This document shows positions 41,578 to 54,828 of a stretch of DNA of 64,000 bases, in pieces (within the stretch, counting starts at the first letter, position 1; the number at the start of each line of letters is the position of its first letter). This DNA comes from Styela clava. Lineage: Eukaryota. Where the stretch lies: assembly GCF_964204865.1 (NCBI RefSeq), contig NC_135263.1, forward strand, positions 2,418,001 through 2,482,000, in the 5' to 3' direction. Below the pieces are notes generated by a model. That model did not search any database and had not been told where the DNA came from. It worked only from the letters and a program-made list of their open reading frames with translations. Made by a program: the position numbers and the translations under genes.

Positions 41578-41806
41578 TGTACTCAGAAAGTATGTGAACT
41601 AAGATGGCCGACACCGGAACGTAGTATGTGTACCAGGTAAGGGTTAGGCCATAATTTCGGGTACAAATACTACGGGAGTCATTTGGCTAGTCCTCGTACT
41701 GGAACTAGAATAAGGAAAATTGGATAAAATTATGACCTAACTCAAATCGGGTACACATACTACGTTCCGTTGTCCGCCATTTTGGTTCACATACTTCGGG
41801 AGTACC
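41578..41806. mobile_element. Foldback MITE family 2
   Basis: TSD aacgcgga; long TIRs. Confidence 0.85.
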
Positions 41807-42361
41807 AACGCGGAACAGCTACAAGTTGCGAAAATTTCAATTTTGATGACGCCATTGCGCACCAAAAACGAATTCCATAGAGGCCACATTTTTTTCAAAT
41901 AAATGAAAAAGTAATAACCTTCTAACGACATATATCATTTTTAACAACTAAAAATGTCAAAGCAATCGGTCCTGTGATTTTACCATTTGCATGCTTTCGC
42001 TTTACTAATTTTGTTGAGGTTCGAGCCATTACTCTAAACTATCTCCAAAAACCTTTGTCAGCCATCCATATCGTAATGTAACAAACATGAGTTTTGAATT
42101 TGAGAATTTGACTTATAAACACTGGAATCGGACTCTTTTTAAAGAGGAAACTGAAGTAAAAGCGCAGTGAGGCGTAGAAAAAGTAGTAACAAAGCGTGAC
42201 GCTGTTGTATTAAAAAACCACACTTCAGTAACTTCTGGATTTTACGAAGAAACTCTATTGAAAGCCTACGTCATGATTGAAACGCTGGGTAAACTCTAAT
42301 TCTCATATATAAAGCATAACCTTGAATCAACACTTACCGTGAAGTATATTAAAAAAAAAGT

Positions 42362-42471
42362 GGACCTCCTGAAGTATGCGCACCAAGATGGCGCACATCC
42401 CGAACTCAGGTTGCGTACCAGGTTAAGGTTCAGTTAATGCGACATATTGGTGCGCATACTTCAGGAGTACC
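42362..42471. mobile_element. Short relative of foldback MITE family 2
   Basis: ctcctgaagtatgcgcacca ... tggtgcgcatacttcaggag; TSD aaaaaagt. Confidence 0.8.
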
Positions 42472-44434
42472 AAAAAAGTTTTACTCGAATTATCTACCCA
42501 ACCTAGTGGAATTGATTGGACTATCATGTTATTGCTCACCATTATTTTTCTAATCTATTTTCGTATATTTTCTATGTTAAAATAATTTTTTTTCAAATTT
42601 TCGTTGCTCCTTTTTCTGTTTACCTCACCGAAAACTATTGCCTAACCTATTTTGTTTTAATCTAAGATAAAATTATGATTAGTGCTAGTTTTGTATTAAT
42701 TTACGACACTCGTAGTCTTGCGAAATGACGAAATAAAACGGCGACGACGCGGATACAAAGACTCGTTTTTTCATAAATAGGAACACAATGCGTTTGTTTG
42801 TTCATGTTTTATCTATCGGGTACGTTACAAAGGAACCCCTTGGTTCGCGGTATGGCGTGTTTAACATTTTGTGATCCATTCATAAAGGGTCGCGTTGTCC
42901 TTGTAGGTATGACTTATGACATATGGAACTTTCATACTGACTTGCGATTAATAAAGCACCATTCTACCTTGGCTGTGCAATGATATACTCATTATATTGA
43001 ATATTTCGTGTTCGCGGTCTGGCTTCTTTGCACAAATTGTATTATCTACTGGATGGGCGAGGCGGCTCTTATTTTCAGCTCGGATTCGCCTAGTGCATTC
43101 TAGTCTTTAGAATCCATTAACAATCATCAGGCCATGCCTAATTGAGAATCTTAATTGAAAGGTATGTGAAGATGGGATGTTGACTTACGAAAGAATTCTG
43201 AAACTTGGAATGGAATATCGGACCTTCAAAAACGAATTGACATCTGGATAACACATACATTTGTATATTTTTATTTGCCGGCCATATAAACGGTAGTATT
43301 GGTTTCACAAGCTGTTGCTCAAGGATATTGAAACTCAATACACCGAGATGCCTACGTCATAAAATATGCTAAACATCATTGTTTATGTTTTTAATTCCAG
43401 TCAATTCAACTATTTGCTTGTTCAGATCCTTGTACAAGATAATGAGATGTCGCATTATATTTTATTTCACAGGAGGTTCAACAATAATTTTCTAAAGCTT
43501 CGTTTAAATGATCATACTTTTGTTTTCTAGAGCAAGGGTGGGCAAGGTCTTTGGCCAGCGGCCGTAGTTTGCCCATGTCTGATATGAAGCCCATATGAGA
43601 GTGAATGTGATGTTGGTGGCATTTTTTCGATAGTCGATAATTCGTTTCTATCTTACGCTTGTCTACAGCCTAAGTCAGAGCGAATACAGTCTAAATATTC
43701 ACAGATATAACCAACGCTTGCAAACTAGACTCCCAAGCTGGGATGGCGAACCATTCACCCGCGGGTCTCAAAGTGACCAAACATATTTTTGCTGACCGTC
43801 CAAATCAAGAATTGATATTGAAAATCAGTATTACAGTGAGAGTAAACGGTTCCGTCTGCCGCGACTATAAAAATCTACATGGCTCGTAGTTCGGAAATGA
43901 AGTTCTGGGCGTGGTTGAAAAGGCTTCCATAATCCAATTCAAAAAAATTCAATGTGATTTTAGAAGAAATAGCTATAAAAGTTTTGGTATTTATTTCAGT
44001 ACTTGTTGAAGGTTAGGAATAGGGATGAATATATAGCCCCAATCGCTATTTGAACGGAGACCTTCGTAGTGGTATATTGGCCTGTCGCATAGACATAAGG
44101 TTACAGGTTAGTTGTGGGTGTATGGTTTTCATCGTCATTTGAATAATCCTTTCCGTGAAGTAACATTGGGCTGTCATATAGACAAAAATTCGGAACGGAA
44201 ATGTATACGTGGATCTTATCGCCGTTCGAACGATGTACAATGCACAGAATTATTTAACTGAATATATGTTTCAAATAAACAACTGAATAACATCCTTTGT
44301 AATGGGCAGATATAAAGACGAAAGTATCCATTTCACACCCTTTCATTGTTTAAGGCACTTGAAACCCAATCCACCGATATACCTACGTCAGAAAGTAATA
44401 CTAAGCAATAAGCAAGTAGGTAGAGTTTATAGAC

Positions 44435-45370
44435 CAGGGGTGGGCAACCTTTTTCGTCTCGCGTGCCAAAATCGGCTAAATTTGATCACAAAAATTCTTC
44501 TGCGTGCCGACCAAAATTAAAAACAATGCTTTCCTATCTTCAAAGCAAAAATACACAATAATAAACCATTTAAACATGTACAGACAGATTCACTATTCGG
44601 AAATATATCAATCCGACAAATAGTATTGTTCACTTTTCTTATTCTATATCAGTGAGACTTCTGCTGCTGCATTACCGCTGATAGAAATTTTACTTTGGGT
44701 TTATATTTTTCAATTTCAAAGAAATACACGAACTACTGGTTTCATCTTTCAGGCAACTCCTATTACAAGACTTAATAAAGTTCATAACTGAGAACAGAAA
44801 TTCACAAGCATATGTAGATGAAAAACATGGAGAATAATTCAGTTGCAACTATTTTAAGATATGAAAAATTCTCGGTAATAGCATCCCAATCACGCAATAA
44901 TTCGTTTTGTGCACTTCTCTCTTGTATTCCTATCCCTAATCGCTCATATTTCTTTGGAAATCAATTTTAACAGTTAAGTTAGTAAGTAACTCCATCCAAC
45001 ATCAGCTGTACAACTTCATAAATCAATCAGAAATGAAGAAAAAGGGTGGCACAGACGATGTACGTAACAATGTAGCCAAATGAATGGAGTGTTCTTCGCG
45101 ACAAAATTCGTCGAAAGCTCACTCAGTTAATACGTCATAATATATTTCTTTCTAGCCATATGTCATGAAAAGACAAAACGAGGTCGAATGAATAACGGAT
45201 TGTTAAGAAACAATAATGAATAAACGAACACCGAGTTTCATCACATAATTCAGAGTCTCGAAACTTTTTATCTGAAAGAGAATGTTCTCGTTTCTGAGGC
45301 CTCGCTCGCGTGCCGAATAAATGGGCTTGCTTGCCAAGTTCGCACGCGTGCCAGGGGTTGCCCACCCCTG
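44435..45370 (-). mobile_element. hAT non-autonomous element (sister of 31648-32510)
   Basis: TIR CAGGGGTGGGCAACC; perfect TSD ttatagac. Confidence 0.9.
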
Positions 45371-48356
45371 TTATAGACTAATATATAAAAAGTCAGTTTT
45401 GGAGGTTTTTCTCTTTAATATATAGCATACGAATGGGACCAATAAATCGATTTTCCTATGGTAAATTTCTGTTATAGCGGCTGTAGAAAAAAATAAAAAT
45501 GCTGTGTATTGCAGCTGGTGCCCGTAAATTTGCTCTGGAATAAGACCAATTCACTTATGAGTGAGTGAGTGCATCACCGTAATTTTATATAGTTTCAGTA
45601 CCCTTGGCATTTAGGTGTCCGCCTGTAACATTGCTCGTAGATGAGTTCTTGAGCGTGGATGTTCTTTGTAAAAGTCTATGAAAAATTTACCTAGCAAGAC
45701 ATGAGGGTGTCTACTAGAATGGTTTTCATTTATTTACATTTTCAAAATTTTGATGATCTTTTAATATTCCTGCCAGAATCAGCCTCCATTTTGTTTTGAA
45801 TACAAAATAACTAGGAAAATGGCGACTCGCTGTCTATACGATTGTTGGACACACAGCCTCTCATTCCGCTATCTCATCATAGTTAGCATATGATAATGTC
45901 CCCTATAAGCAGTTTATTTTCATTTATTTTTAGCACTCGACAAAATTTGATATTCTTGCTCTCTGTGGTGAAATATGTCTAGGCGCAGACTCATTTATGC
46001 AAAAATAATTGTCGTTTTAGGTATAGAAATCAAAATGGCGGTCGTAGACACGTATTTTCAATCAATCATTTAGTATTCAATTCGCTATTCTTCGATGGTC
46101 AACATGTGGCAGTGTACCCTAGACGCCTATTTTTCTGAAATGACTACGATTTTTAAGGTACGCATAACGCTCTTTTTAAAGTTAGATCATCTCAATTTAT
46201 TTTGGTGAAGGCAAAATAATTTTCGTCTTATTTCCATATTCTAGAAATATTAGAAATTTAAATATATTTTACTTCGTCCACAATATGATACGAACGCTAA
46301 CTACGGCACGAAGTAGAGAGGTGTTTAAAGTGTTATTTTGATTGTTAGATTCCGAATCCCAATATGATATAAATCGTAATAGACGCACCGTCTCCGTCAA
46401 TTTCATGCTCATATTCAACTTTTTATTACAAGTTAAATATCTCCGACTCATACCATATTTTCACAAACTAACCCAGGAGGTAGTAAATTGCATATTGAAT
46501 GCAAATTATATTCAAAAATATGTGTTCTAATTTGAATAAATAATAAGAGTATCTTATAATAATACGTCTTATATTAAACGACTGTGGTGAAGTATAAATA
46601 GCTTCGATTTGAAAATGCTGAATAAAAGCTCTGAAAAGCTCTGTCGCTGTAACGGCACACCTTGGTTTTTTACGACTCGCTGCGAAAATTAGGGTCGACA
46701 ATTATTACATTCGCTGTTTTTCGAAGCTTTTATGCAGAAGTAATTAGGTCGTAATGTCATAAAATCGTTGAGTGAAGTGTCAAATTTGCATACAAACAAT
46801 TGTGAACTTCTCGGTTGTATTTCAGGTATGACATTGACTGTGGCATTGTTTTATTGGAAAATAACACAATAAAAAAGTAAAACTAACTAGTTATAGTTAG
46901 TGATTAATCCTCTTCTATCCGGCGCAATACCACTCAAGTTCAAGGTTTTTAACTACAATTTTTTACCACTAACTTGCATATTTTAAATACTATTGTAAAC
47001 ACGCTAATTAGCGTCATCTCGCGGAAAATAACTTTAGCATAAGCTTTTTGTACCGAGTTAGATTATTCGTATATATATATATATATAATAATATATATAT
47101 GCAATAACGCATTAAATGTTCAATTTAATTATTTTATATAAGTTAATAAGATAAAAACCAAATGAAGAAAAGTGAATTGAGCATAATGAACTGTCGCACT
47201 TCCTGTCACTAGAATTGGAATGAGCAGATATATTTGTTATGACCCTAATAGTTATTTTGAAGTGAGACTTGACAAATTTAATAAAGAGGGGAATGACTTA
47301 AAAAGATTGAGAACCCCTGGGCCATAGTCAATAACCCGAGCTTTAAATAACAACGTTTTACATTTTATTTTTCAGACTTCGTCATATAAAACTTGAAATA
47401 AACAGTAGATCTAAGCTATTTACCTATCGCACCATAAACGATAAATTTAGAAAAAGAATATCTTGTGACCAGTTGTGAGATTCAGAAATTTCACGCGGGT
47501 ACACGCGAACCCGTTCTCGAAGCGGCATGATAATTCGCGAACCTGTTCCTTTTTATTTTTTCAGACTTTAGACGACCGTGAGTGGACGACAAGCGCTATA
47601 CCTGGTGTTTCAGAAGTTAAGTATTAGATTTATGTTAAATGTAGCTTACTTAGTGACATACATATATTTTCTAAAATGAGAGAACCTGTTGTTGGTGAGT
47701 TCAATACAAAATGGGCTGCGTTTTTAAAATTTATTACAAGAAAGTATATATATAAAGACCATTTTGACGTTATATGTAAGCATAACAAAAACACCACAAA
47801 GTCAATTATTAATAAAAAGAAGTAAATGCATAATATAATTAGTGTACTGATATACGAGCGAGCAAGACACAGAATAAATTTTGTAGGGCCTTATTCCTAA
47901 TATGACACCCAGAGTGTAATCAATTGGTAGATAGCTGAAAATTTAAAAGTATGATAAATATACTTTTTTAAAAGCCTGTGAACTTTGGAATAAAGATTAT
48001 CAATATATTGATTCACGGTGCGATTAGTCTAGGCATGGTATTAGCCATTGGTACGCTTTCAAAGTCGCAGGCAAAGTGCTTTTTCTGCCTCGAAGATAAA
48101 GAGAGGGGAATGGCGAAAAAATTTTACTTTCAATCTGCAAAGTACGTCAGTACAGGAATAAGGACACGCATAGTAGGCAATGAACTGGGGTTCTGGAAGC
48201 TATTGATTTGAACATGGTATACGCGCCACGTACACGTCAGCCAAAGCATTAGTTTCTGAATTGTCCTAAAGACACAATCCATGCCATGCCTCTTTTACTT
48301 CGAACCGACGAGTTTCGGCAAGGAATTTCTTCTCTCTTCTTTAACGTCATGAACTA

Positions 48357-48423
48357 CTACATTCGTTCCTCAGGTGCATCTTCAAACCTTTCATCGTCGG
48401 AATCATTATCTCCGTGTGGATGT
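48357..48423 (-). CDS. Gene 1 probable terminal exon (acidic, FFAT-like)
   Basis: ttttcag| phase 2, (R)HPHGDNDSDDERFEDAPEERM then TAG TAG; phase matches the 49021 donor. Confidence 0.55.
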
Positions 48424-49020
48424 CTGAAAAGCCAATTGAAGTAATGAATTTAACTTTATATCGACTCTCCATTGAGAGTTTTAAGAATATGACAAAAAAT
48501 GAATTCTCAAATAAAAAATGCGAAAGTTCTTCACGGTGTCGGTAAACATATGAGCTCATAGGCCACTCCTCTAAAATCAGTGAATTCAATCCGCATGGTG
48601 GCGCGTTTGTTTCAAAATGGCGAAGTTTTATATAAAACAATGGGCCATGAAAAGTCAAAATATGTTTAACTGCTGAAATTTTGTTTTCGAACTCTGAAAA
48701 TTATTCAATGAATGGTTCTAGTGCTTGCATAAAAAACAACTTTGGTGTATGTATGGCTTCATAGTCGCACACCAAGGTAAAACTCGCATTGTATTATGAC
48801 GCAAATGTACGTTAATAGGCGACTTCAGAGAGGACATGTATCTTTGGAGTTTTGATATTTACCTTGCTACGCGAAATTGTGGCCATCCTGTAAAATTAAA
48901 GCTGCAGGCTTCTGTGAGAAATTTTCGTCATTAACCATTGACAATTTGAAAGATATAATTACAGAGAAAAACGATTTTTTATAACAAGAACAACAACAAG
49001 AATTCCAGCACACGAATTAC

Positions 49021-49090
49021 CTGATACTATCTTGAGGTTGTCGTGGCATTTGTAGATTGTCATGATTTTGTGCTGGTTGATCTTGAGAGA
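49021..49090 (-). CDS. Gene 1 penultimate exon
   Basis: tctacag| (V)SQDQPAQNHDNLQMPRQPQDSI+AG |GTAATT; phase 1-2; Q/P composition matches the tail. Confidence 0.62.
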
Positions 49091-49835
49091 CTGTAGAACA
49101 ACAAAGCAATGTTCAAATATAAATAAATGTGGGTTTAGGTCATATAAAAGCCCCCTCATTTATCACTTAGCAATGTTCTCGTGAATTTTACGATAATTTT
49201 TTTGATTGAGACATTGAGCTCATTGAAAAAAATTAAAAACTGTCGCATTCCAGAAACTTTCAGCCTAAATATATATACATGTAAGTTGAGGTCATGTCAA
49301 AATTTTACATTTATCCAATGAAATAAAACCGCGAAATTTGGAGTTGAAAATATCCCGCATCATTAAAAAAAAAAGTAATAGACTTTTGAGACATCTTCAA
49401 ACGATTAATAGACTCTCTCGGTTCAAAAAAGAAAAATACATATGATTTAATCCTTATAGATAAAATTACTCATATGCGGAGTGGAAATCATATGCAGTGT
49501 GCTGAGCGTCCCCAATAAAATGTTTCGTCAATAACTCATTAGAACATATGTCAGAATAATATTGTGAAATATTGTTGCAATAAAAAAAATCATTTCGGCT
49601 ATTGGGGGACAAAATAAAACAAGATGGTGGAGATTCGAAATATTAGTCCGAGCCGATTTGAATAATTTATCATTCGATTTGAATATTCGGTTCGAATGCC
49701 CAGTCCTTTTCATAAGGTTCAAGTTACTTAAGCCTGTGGAACAACTGTAGTGATCTAATGCTAGATCTAATGTCAAACTTGCTTTTCATAAGCTGAAGCG
49801 ACAAAATTCTATTAAAAGCAAAAACATTAGTTTAC

Positions 49836-49931
49836 CTTCGGGAGGTGCAGTACGAAGAAAACCGTTTCCGAGCATGTTCGGTCCATTTGTTTGCATCTCC
49901 AATCCTGGGACAGCTACGGATGACCCAATAA
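49836..49931 (-). CDS. Gene 1 tail exon
   Basis: tttttag| (I)IGSSVAVPGLEMQTNGPNMLGNGFLRTAPPE+G |GTAAAC; 96 nt, phase 1-1. Confidence 0.7.
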
Positions 49932-51014
49932 CTAAAAACAGAAATTTATTTTGAGATGTCTTACTCATAATTAAATTTCAGAATTGAACTTTTTTTTTCA
50001 AATATTTACAGTTTCGATGACCTTGGAGTAGGAGCAGGAATTACAGAATTTTAATGGTGTTGATCGACTTCAAAACAGAAACGAAAAGCGGACTATTATT
50101 ATTAACAGACAATTAAAGAATTGCACAAGCCAATCTTTTATGTTTAACAAAATGTCACACGTGCGTTGGGTATGCAAACACATGTATGTTTTCATAAAAT
50201 AACTTACTTCCACCATTGCGATAAAAAGAAAACTACCCTGGTCACTGGCACGTGAAAAAGTTCGATTTTTTGAAAAGTTTTCTTGTTGGGGTTCTGGCAT
50301 ATATCTGAATCTGCGTTTGAGCTAATTATCGTTAAACTGGGATTTCAAAAGAGTTGACACGCGTGGCCACATTGTTAGCGCTTCTAGAACATATCATCTG
50401 TTATTCCGAATGAAATTAAACAGATTAACAAAATACTCACGGATATTTGAGTTTATCATAAAAGGTATTTTCGTGTCCCCGAATCTCGTAACTGAAATAC
50501 AAACAACAACGTTATAGAATTCGCTTCTTATGCAACAGTACAAAGTACCGTAAGTTAAATTCATATATTGAATAATTAAATATGACTTCACCTACCTACG
50601 TTTTAATGACTGCTTGAAAATAGCCTTGTGATTAAAAAAAGGGTGTAAAATTATCTCATAAAATCTTCTGGTTCGCGTAAGTTCGTATATCCAATTTAAT
50701 CTTATGACATGGGTTTCTGTTATTTTATTAGAAGTGGGCAACAGTCAGCAGATTCATGGCACTCATGAGAACACCCTGGCAATTCCCCAAACGTGAATTA
50801 ATTTTGTGCATTCGCTCGAACCAAGACAACAATCTGTTACTAAAAGGCGGACAACAATCAATTCTAAATAATGCCGCAAGTAGTCGCTAATGAGCAGATG
50901 TGATTCTTTTAAGAGAGCACCCTAAAGAAAATAAAATGAGTTCCTGGCGTACAAATTCCAATTCTGTCACAAAACTTCAAACTTCAAAACTGAAACAATA
51001 GATTTCAAACTTAC

Positions 51015-51101
51015 TTGCACTAGCTAATTGTAACATGTCATTTTGATTGTGCTGCAAATCTTGATAACGCGGCGCTTCTACGGTTCCCACGTTCGGTTGA
51101 C
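51015..51101 (-). CDS. Gene 1 tail exon
   Basis: ttttcag| (G)QPNVGTVEAPRYQDLQHNQNDMLQLASA+A |GTAAGT; 87 nt, phase 1-1. Confidence 0.7.
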
Positions 51102-51477
51102 CTGAAAATGAATAATCGTCAACGGGTAATAATCTCGATATTTGTGGAAATATTATAGCACGGTGTTGGTAAGAAGTTCCAAAACCACGAGTCACGAGTC
51201 ACAGACTATTCGAGTCGAGCCCGAATTCCAAGTTTTACAGACTGTCAGTTGAAGACGAGTCTGTTTTTTGTGTTTAGACGACTTGAGGCACTTCAAGTCT
51301 TCGATAGACGTGGATCTTTTTCATCTCGAGTCGATTCAATGAATTGACAGACCTCCCCCCACACCGCTAAGCACATTTAATAGATTCACAACTGCTAGAA
51401 TGGGATATTTTACTACGCGTTTTCCTCCATCAGGGCAGGAATAAAAACAAATGAGATAACTTGTCATTTATATACCA

Positions 51478-51643
51478 CCGTATTTTACAGACCATAAGAC
51501 GCGCTTCGATTGTTTTCCCTCAAAAATTGATCGCGCATCTTATAATGAGCCGACGCGCCTAATGTATGAATCAGGTAGTGCTTTGTTGCCTACACCTAAA
51601 ACCAGCATCGGTGCCGGTGCGGCTTATGGTCCGTAAAATACAG
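51478..51643. mobile_element. Tc1/pogo-type MITE
   Basis: ccgtattttac.gaccataag ... cttatggtccgtaaaatacag inverted ends. Confidence 0.65.
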
Positions 51644-51742
51644 CAAGTAAATGCACAATTTATAAAGTGCAGACGAGCTTTCTGGAGTTTCTTCACACTG
51701 TAGGTCTGTAATGAAGATTTAAGCTTGTTGTTGTATACCTAC

Positions 51743-51823
51743 CTTGTGGTATCCTAGCTTCGGCGCACTGATGAACAGTATTGTTGACGTTGTGTTGATC
51801 TCTCGAAGCATTCGCTGGTCGCT
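51743..51823 (-). CDS. Gene 1 tail exon
   Basis: gtaacag| (E)RPANASRDQHNVNNTVHQCAEARIPQ+G |GTAGGT; 81 nt, phase 1-1. Confidence 0.68.
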
Positions 51824-51901
51824 CTGTTACAAAATACATTCACATGTTTGTGTATTTTAGCATAAAATAGGATATTTGTGTTTATTCCTGGGACAAAATT
51901 C

Positions 51902-52112
51902 GGTACTCCCTGTGAATTCAAGTATGTGTACCAGGTTTAAAGTTAGGACATAATTTCAGGTACAAATACTTCGGGAGTCACTTGGCTAGTCCCCGAACTC
52001 GTAATAGAACTAAAATTAGGAAAATTGGAATAAAATTTTGGCCTAACCCTAATCTGGTACACATACTACGTTCCGGCGTTCGCCATCTTGGTTCACATAC
52101 TTTGGGAGTACC
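51902..52112. mobile_element. Foldback MITE family 2
   Basis: GGTACTCCC...GGGAGTACC; TSD caaaattc. Confidence 0.87.
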
Positions 52113-52545
52113 CAAAATTCGATCACAGGGCTAGTCATTGTCACAGACTACGTATTCGTCAGGTTTCAAATTTTCATTACTCACAGGAGAAGTCGCTAGA
52201 GAGCTAATAATTTCATTGTTTTTGAATTCACGGGGACACTGTTATACAGCACATATTCGCGTGACATTTGGTACAATACAATCGTCTGGAATTGAACTGA
52301 TTTTGCAGTGATCCTATTAGTGAATTTCAGGCTTGTCCATGGGACATATTTGTCTGTCCTATACCATCTCATAACAGTATATATATGCTTGTCCCATTTA
52401 CACGGGCACGCCAGAGGTTTTTCATGGGAATCCCATTCTCATGGACAACCCTGGCGGTGTTCCACCACAAAATAAATAATAGTTACAAGTATTTGAAGAA
52501 GTTTTTGGTTCATGTCAAATTTTAAACCTCAAGTAAATTACAAAC

Positions 52546-52614
52546 CTGGTGGGTTCACATGCGGTCTTGGGCTATGCCAGTGAGACGGAGGTTGTAATTG
52601 GCCATGGTGCCCCA
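52546..52614 (-). CDS. Gene 1 tail exon, Q/P/H repeat 3
   Basis: tttcag| (V)GHHGQLQPPSHWHSPRPHVNPP+G |GTTTGT; 69 nt, phase 1-1. Confidence 0.75.
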
Positions 52615-53024
52615 CTGAAACATATAAGGGTTTTAGACTTCATTCTATCTTTCTAGAGTCTCTGTCTAGACACTATTAAAAACTTGAAATAATTTCGAAC
52701 TAAGCATTGTTTTGTTAAACTGCTGTGGCTGGGGTTGTTGCTTTTCTGCTCAACTGCTCAAAGTCTTCGGTTGCAAAATGTCAGTACCTACAGTCTCAGA
52801 AAATCTATTATTTTCATTTTTAATTCATGAGAACACGGGTATATGACATCTGGCACACACTTTCGGGCGACGTGACGTACCATTTGATTGGAATTTAGGT
52901 GGCATTGCATTGGCCATATTAGGTATTTGACACTAGTTATATAAAATATGTACATCAATCTATCCCACTAATCTAGATTTTGTAAGTTGTGTGCGTTATG
53001 AAAAATCTTGAATAAATGCCAAAC

Positions 53025-53093
53025 CTGGTGACTTCATATGCGGTCCTGAGATCTGCCACGGAGACGGAGGTTGGGATTGGCCTTGGTGCCCCA
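53025..53093 (-). CDS. Gene 1 tail exon, Q/P/H repeat 2
   Basis: tttcag| (V)GHQGQSQPPSPWQISGPHMKSP+G |GTTTGG; 69 nt, phase 1-1. Confidence 0.75.
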
Positions 53094-53541
53094 CTGAAAC
53101 ATAAAAGGGTTTTAGGCGTTATTTTATCTATTCTAGAAGCTCTAGACATTATTAAAACTTGAAATAATTTCGTTCAAAAGTGGAAAACAATTGTTTTCTC
53201 AAACTTCTGTTGCTGGGATCAATTGCTTTTTGCCGTGCTCGACTGAGCAATCAATTCCAAAAATTCAGTACTCACACAAGACGTCGCAAGAAAGCTAGTA
53301 TTTTAATTTTTAATTTACGGGAACACTTTTATATGACATCTTGCACACACCTTTACCCAAATTGACGTAACATTTGATTGCAAATCAGGTGACATTGCAG
53401 TGTCCATATTACTCATTTGGCATGAGTGTCTATATATTTGAACATAACTTCCTTTTATTGTTCTAAGTTTTGGAATTTGTGCACATTATAATAAATTTCC
53501 AAATCTGATCAGTGACGAAAAAAGTTGAGTAATTGACAAAC

Positions 53542-53622
53542 CTTGTTGATTCATATATTGTTCCTGGTTCAGCCATTGAGACGATGGTGGCAAGGAGCGG
53601 CCATGTTGAGGATGTTGTCTCT
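53542..53622 (-). CDS. Gene 1 tail exon, Q/P/H repeat 1
   Basis: gttttag| (E)RQHPQHGRSLPPSSQWLNQEQYMNQQ+G |GTTTGT; 81 nt, phase 1-1. Confidence 0.72.
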
Positions 53623-54442
53623 CTAAAACAAAAGGTGAAGTGTAAAATGCAAAATGCAACATTATTATTGTTGCTCTTGACATTTTCGCTGTTATTGTAA
53701 AAAAATCGCTTTTCTACTAAACGAATAGACCAAAGGAATTTAAATTTTCAATGCTTTAGTTAGATTTAAACCACTAGGCTACTATTACTCTTACCTATTT
53801 TCTATTTCTTCAGAGTCTGATCGGGTATGATATTCCACCACACAATATCTGTTTGTTCATATACCACCTCGTGGGAGTCTGTGAAACTCGGTGCTAATCT
53901 AAGGCCGCTGTACCAACTATGTATGAATTGAATATTTTAAACGGGTAATCGTCTATATTTTCAAATGATTAATTTTGGCAATCACATATTAAATGAACTC
54001 TTTATGTATGCGAAGCTACGCCCACCGGTAGCCGGACTTGGCACAAAATTTCCATTCGAAGCCGAGGGCTACTTTATTTGCCTCGACGTCGTGATATAAA
54101 GTTACAAACATGAAATGTAAATAAGGTAGTAAAATCAGCAAGGTTTTTATGCTCAAAATTGGGTATTCCCCCAGTATGTGTATCAGGGTGGGGTTAGGAC
54201 ATATGTGGATATCCATGTGGATATACCCCTGCCCATTAGTTTCAGTTCCTTTACACAACTTGATGTAAAGTGGGCGAACGAAATAAGTTACCTCAATAAT
54301 AGTACACATACTACTGAAGTGCCCAAAATTGGTCTTTTCTCGTGTTCATATGTTAGGGCATACCGCCCTTGAAATATCATTAGTTTATGCAGGGTAATTT
54401 CTTACCTAATAGGATGACAAAATTTTTTAAAGCTTCACTAAC

Positions 54443-54508
54443 CTTGACCAAGGTTCACAAATAAGGACTCTGGATTTGTGCGAGAATGTCCAACTACCTG
54501 GTTGTCAA
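54443..54508 (-). CDS. Gene 1 tail exon
   Basis: attccag| (V)DNQVVGHSRTNPESLFVNLGQ+G |GTTAGT; 66 nt, phase 1-1. Confidence 0.62.
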
Positions 54509-54828
54509 CTGGAATAAAAAAATCAAGAATAATAAATATTCTTCTGAATGTTATAAACTTCAACTATAGCTTTGTACTCAGATAAGAGGATTTACATGAA
54601 AGCTATGGATACGATGTTGCTCATAAAGAATTCAGATTTTAGTTTGATTAAGGATATCTATCTGGACAAAATGTTTCTCTAGTCTCGAGGAAAATGAGTT
54701 GATAGCATGAGCAACAGTACACTTGAAACTTTGCATTATACTCATACTGATCCACCACAGCAAAATCACAGGAGAAATATGAGTAATTAGCCGATCAGAA
54801 GAAATATAGTATTGTATTTGCGTTAGTG

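Larger units (their letters stand above)
39230..44240. repeat. Older direct duplication of ~1.05 kb (about 39230-40290 and 43170-44240)
   Basis: Colinear blocks such as aaggatattgaaactcaatacaccgagatgcctacgtcataa and gagagtaaacggttccgtctgc appear in both copies. Confidence 0.85.

Noticed and set aside
50070-50305. Additional gene 1 exon (MPEPQQENF...)
   Set aside because: No acceptor/donor pair gives the phase 1-1 needed between the flanking exons
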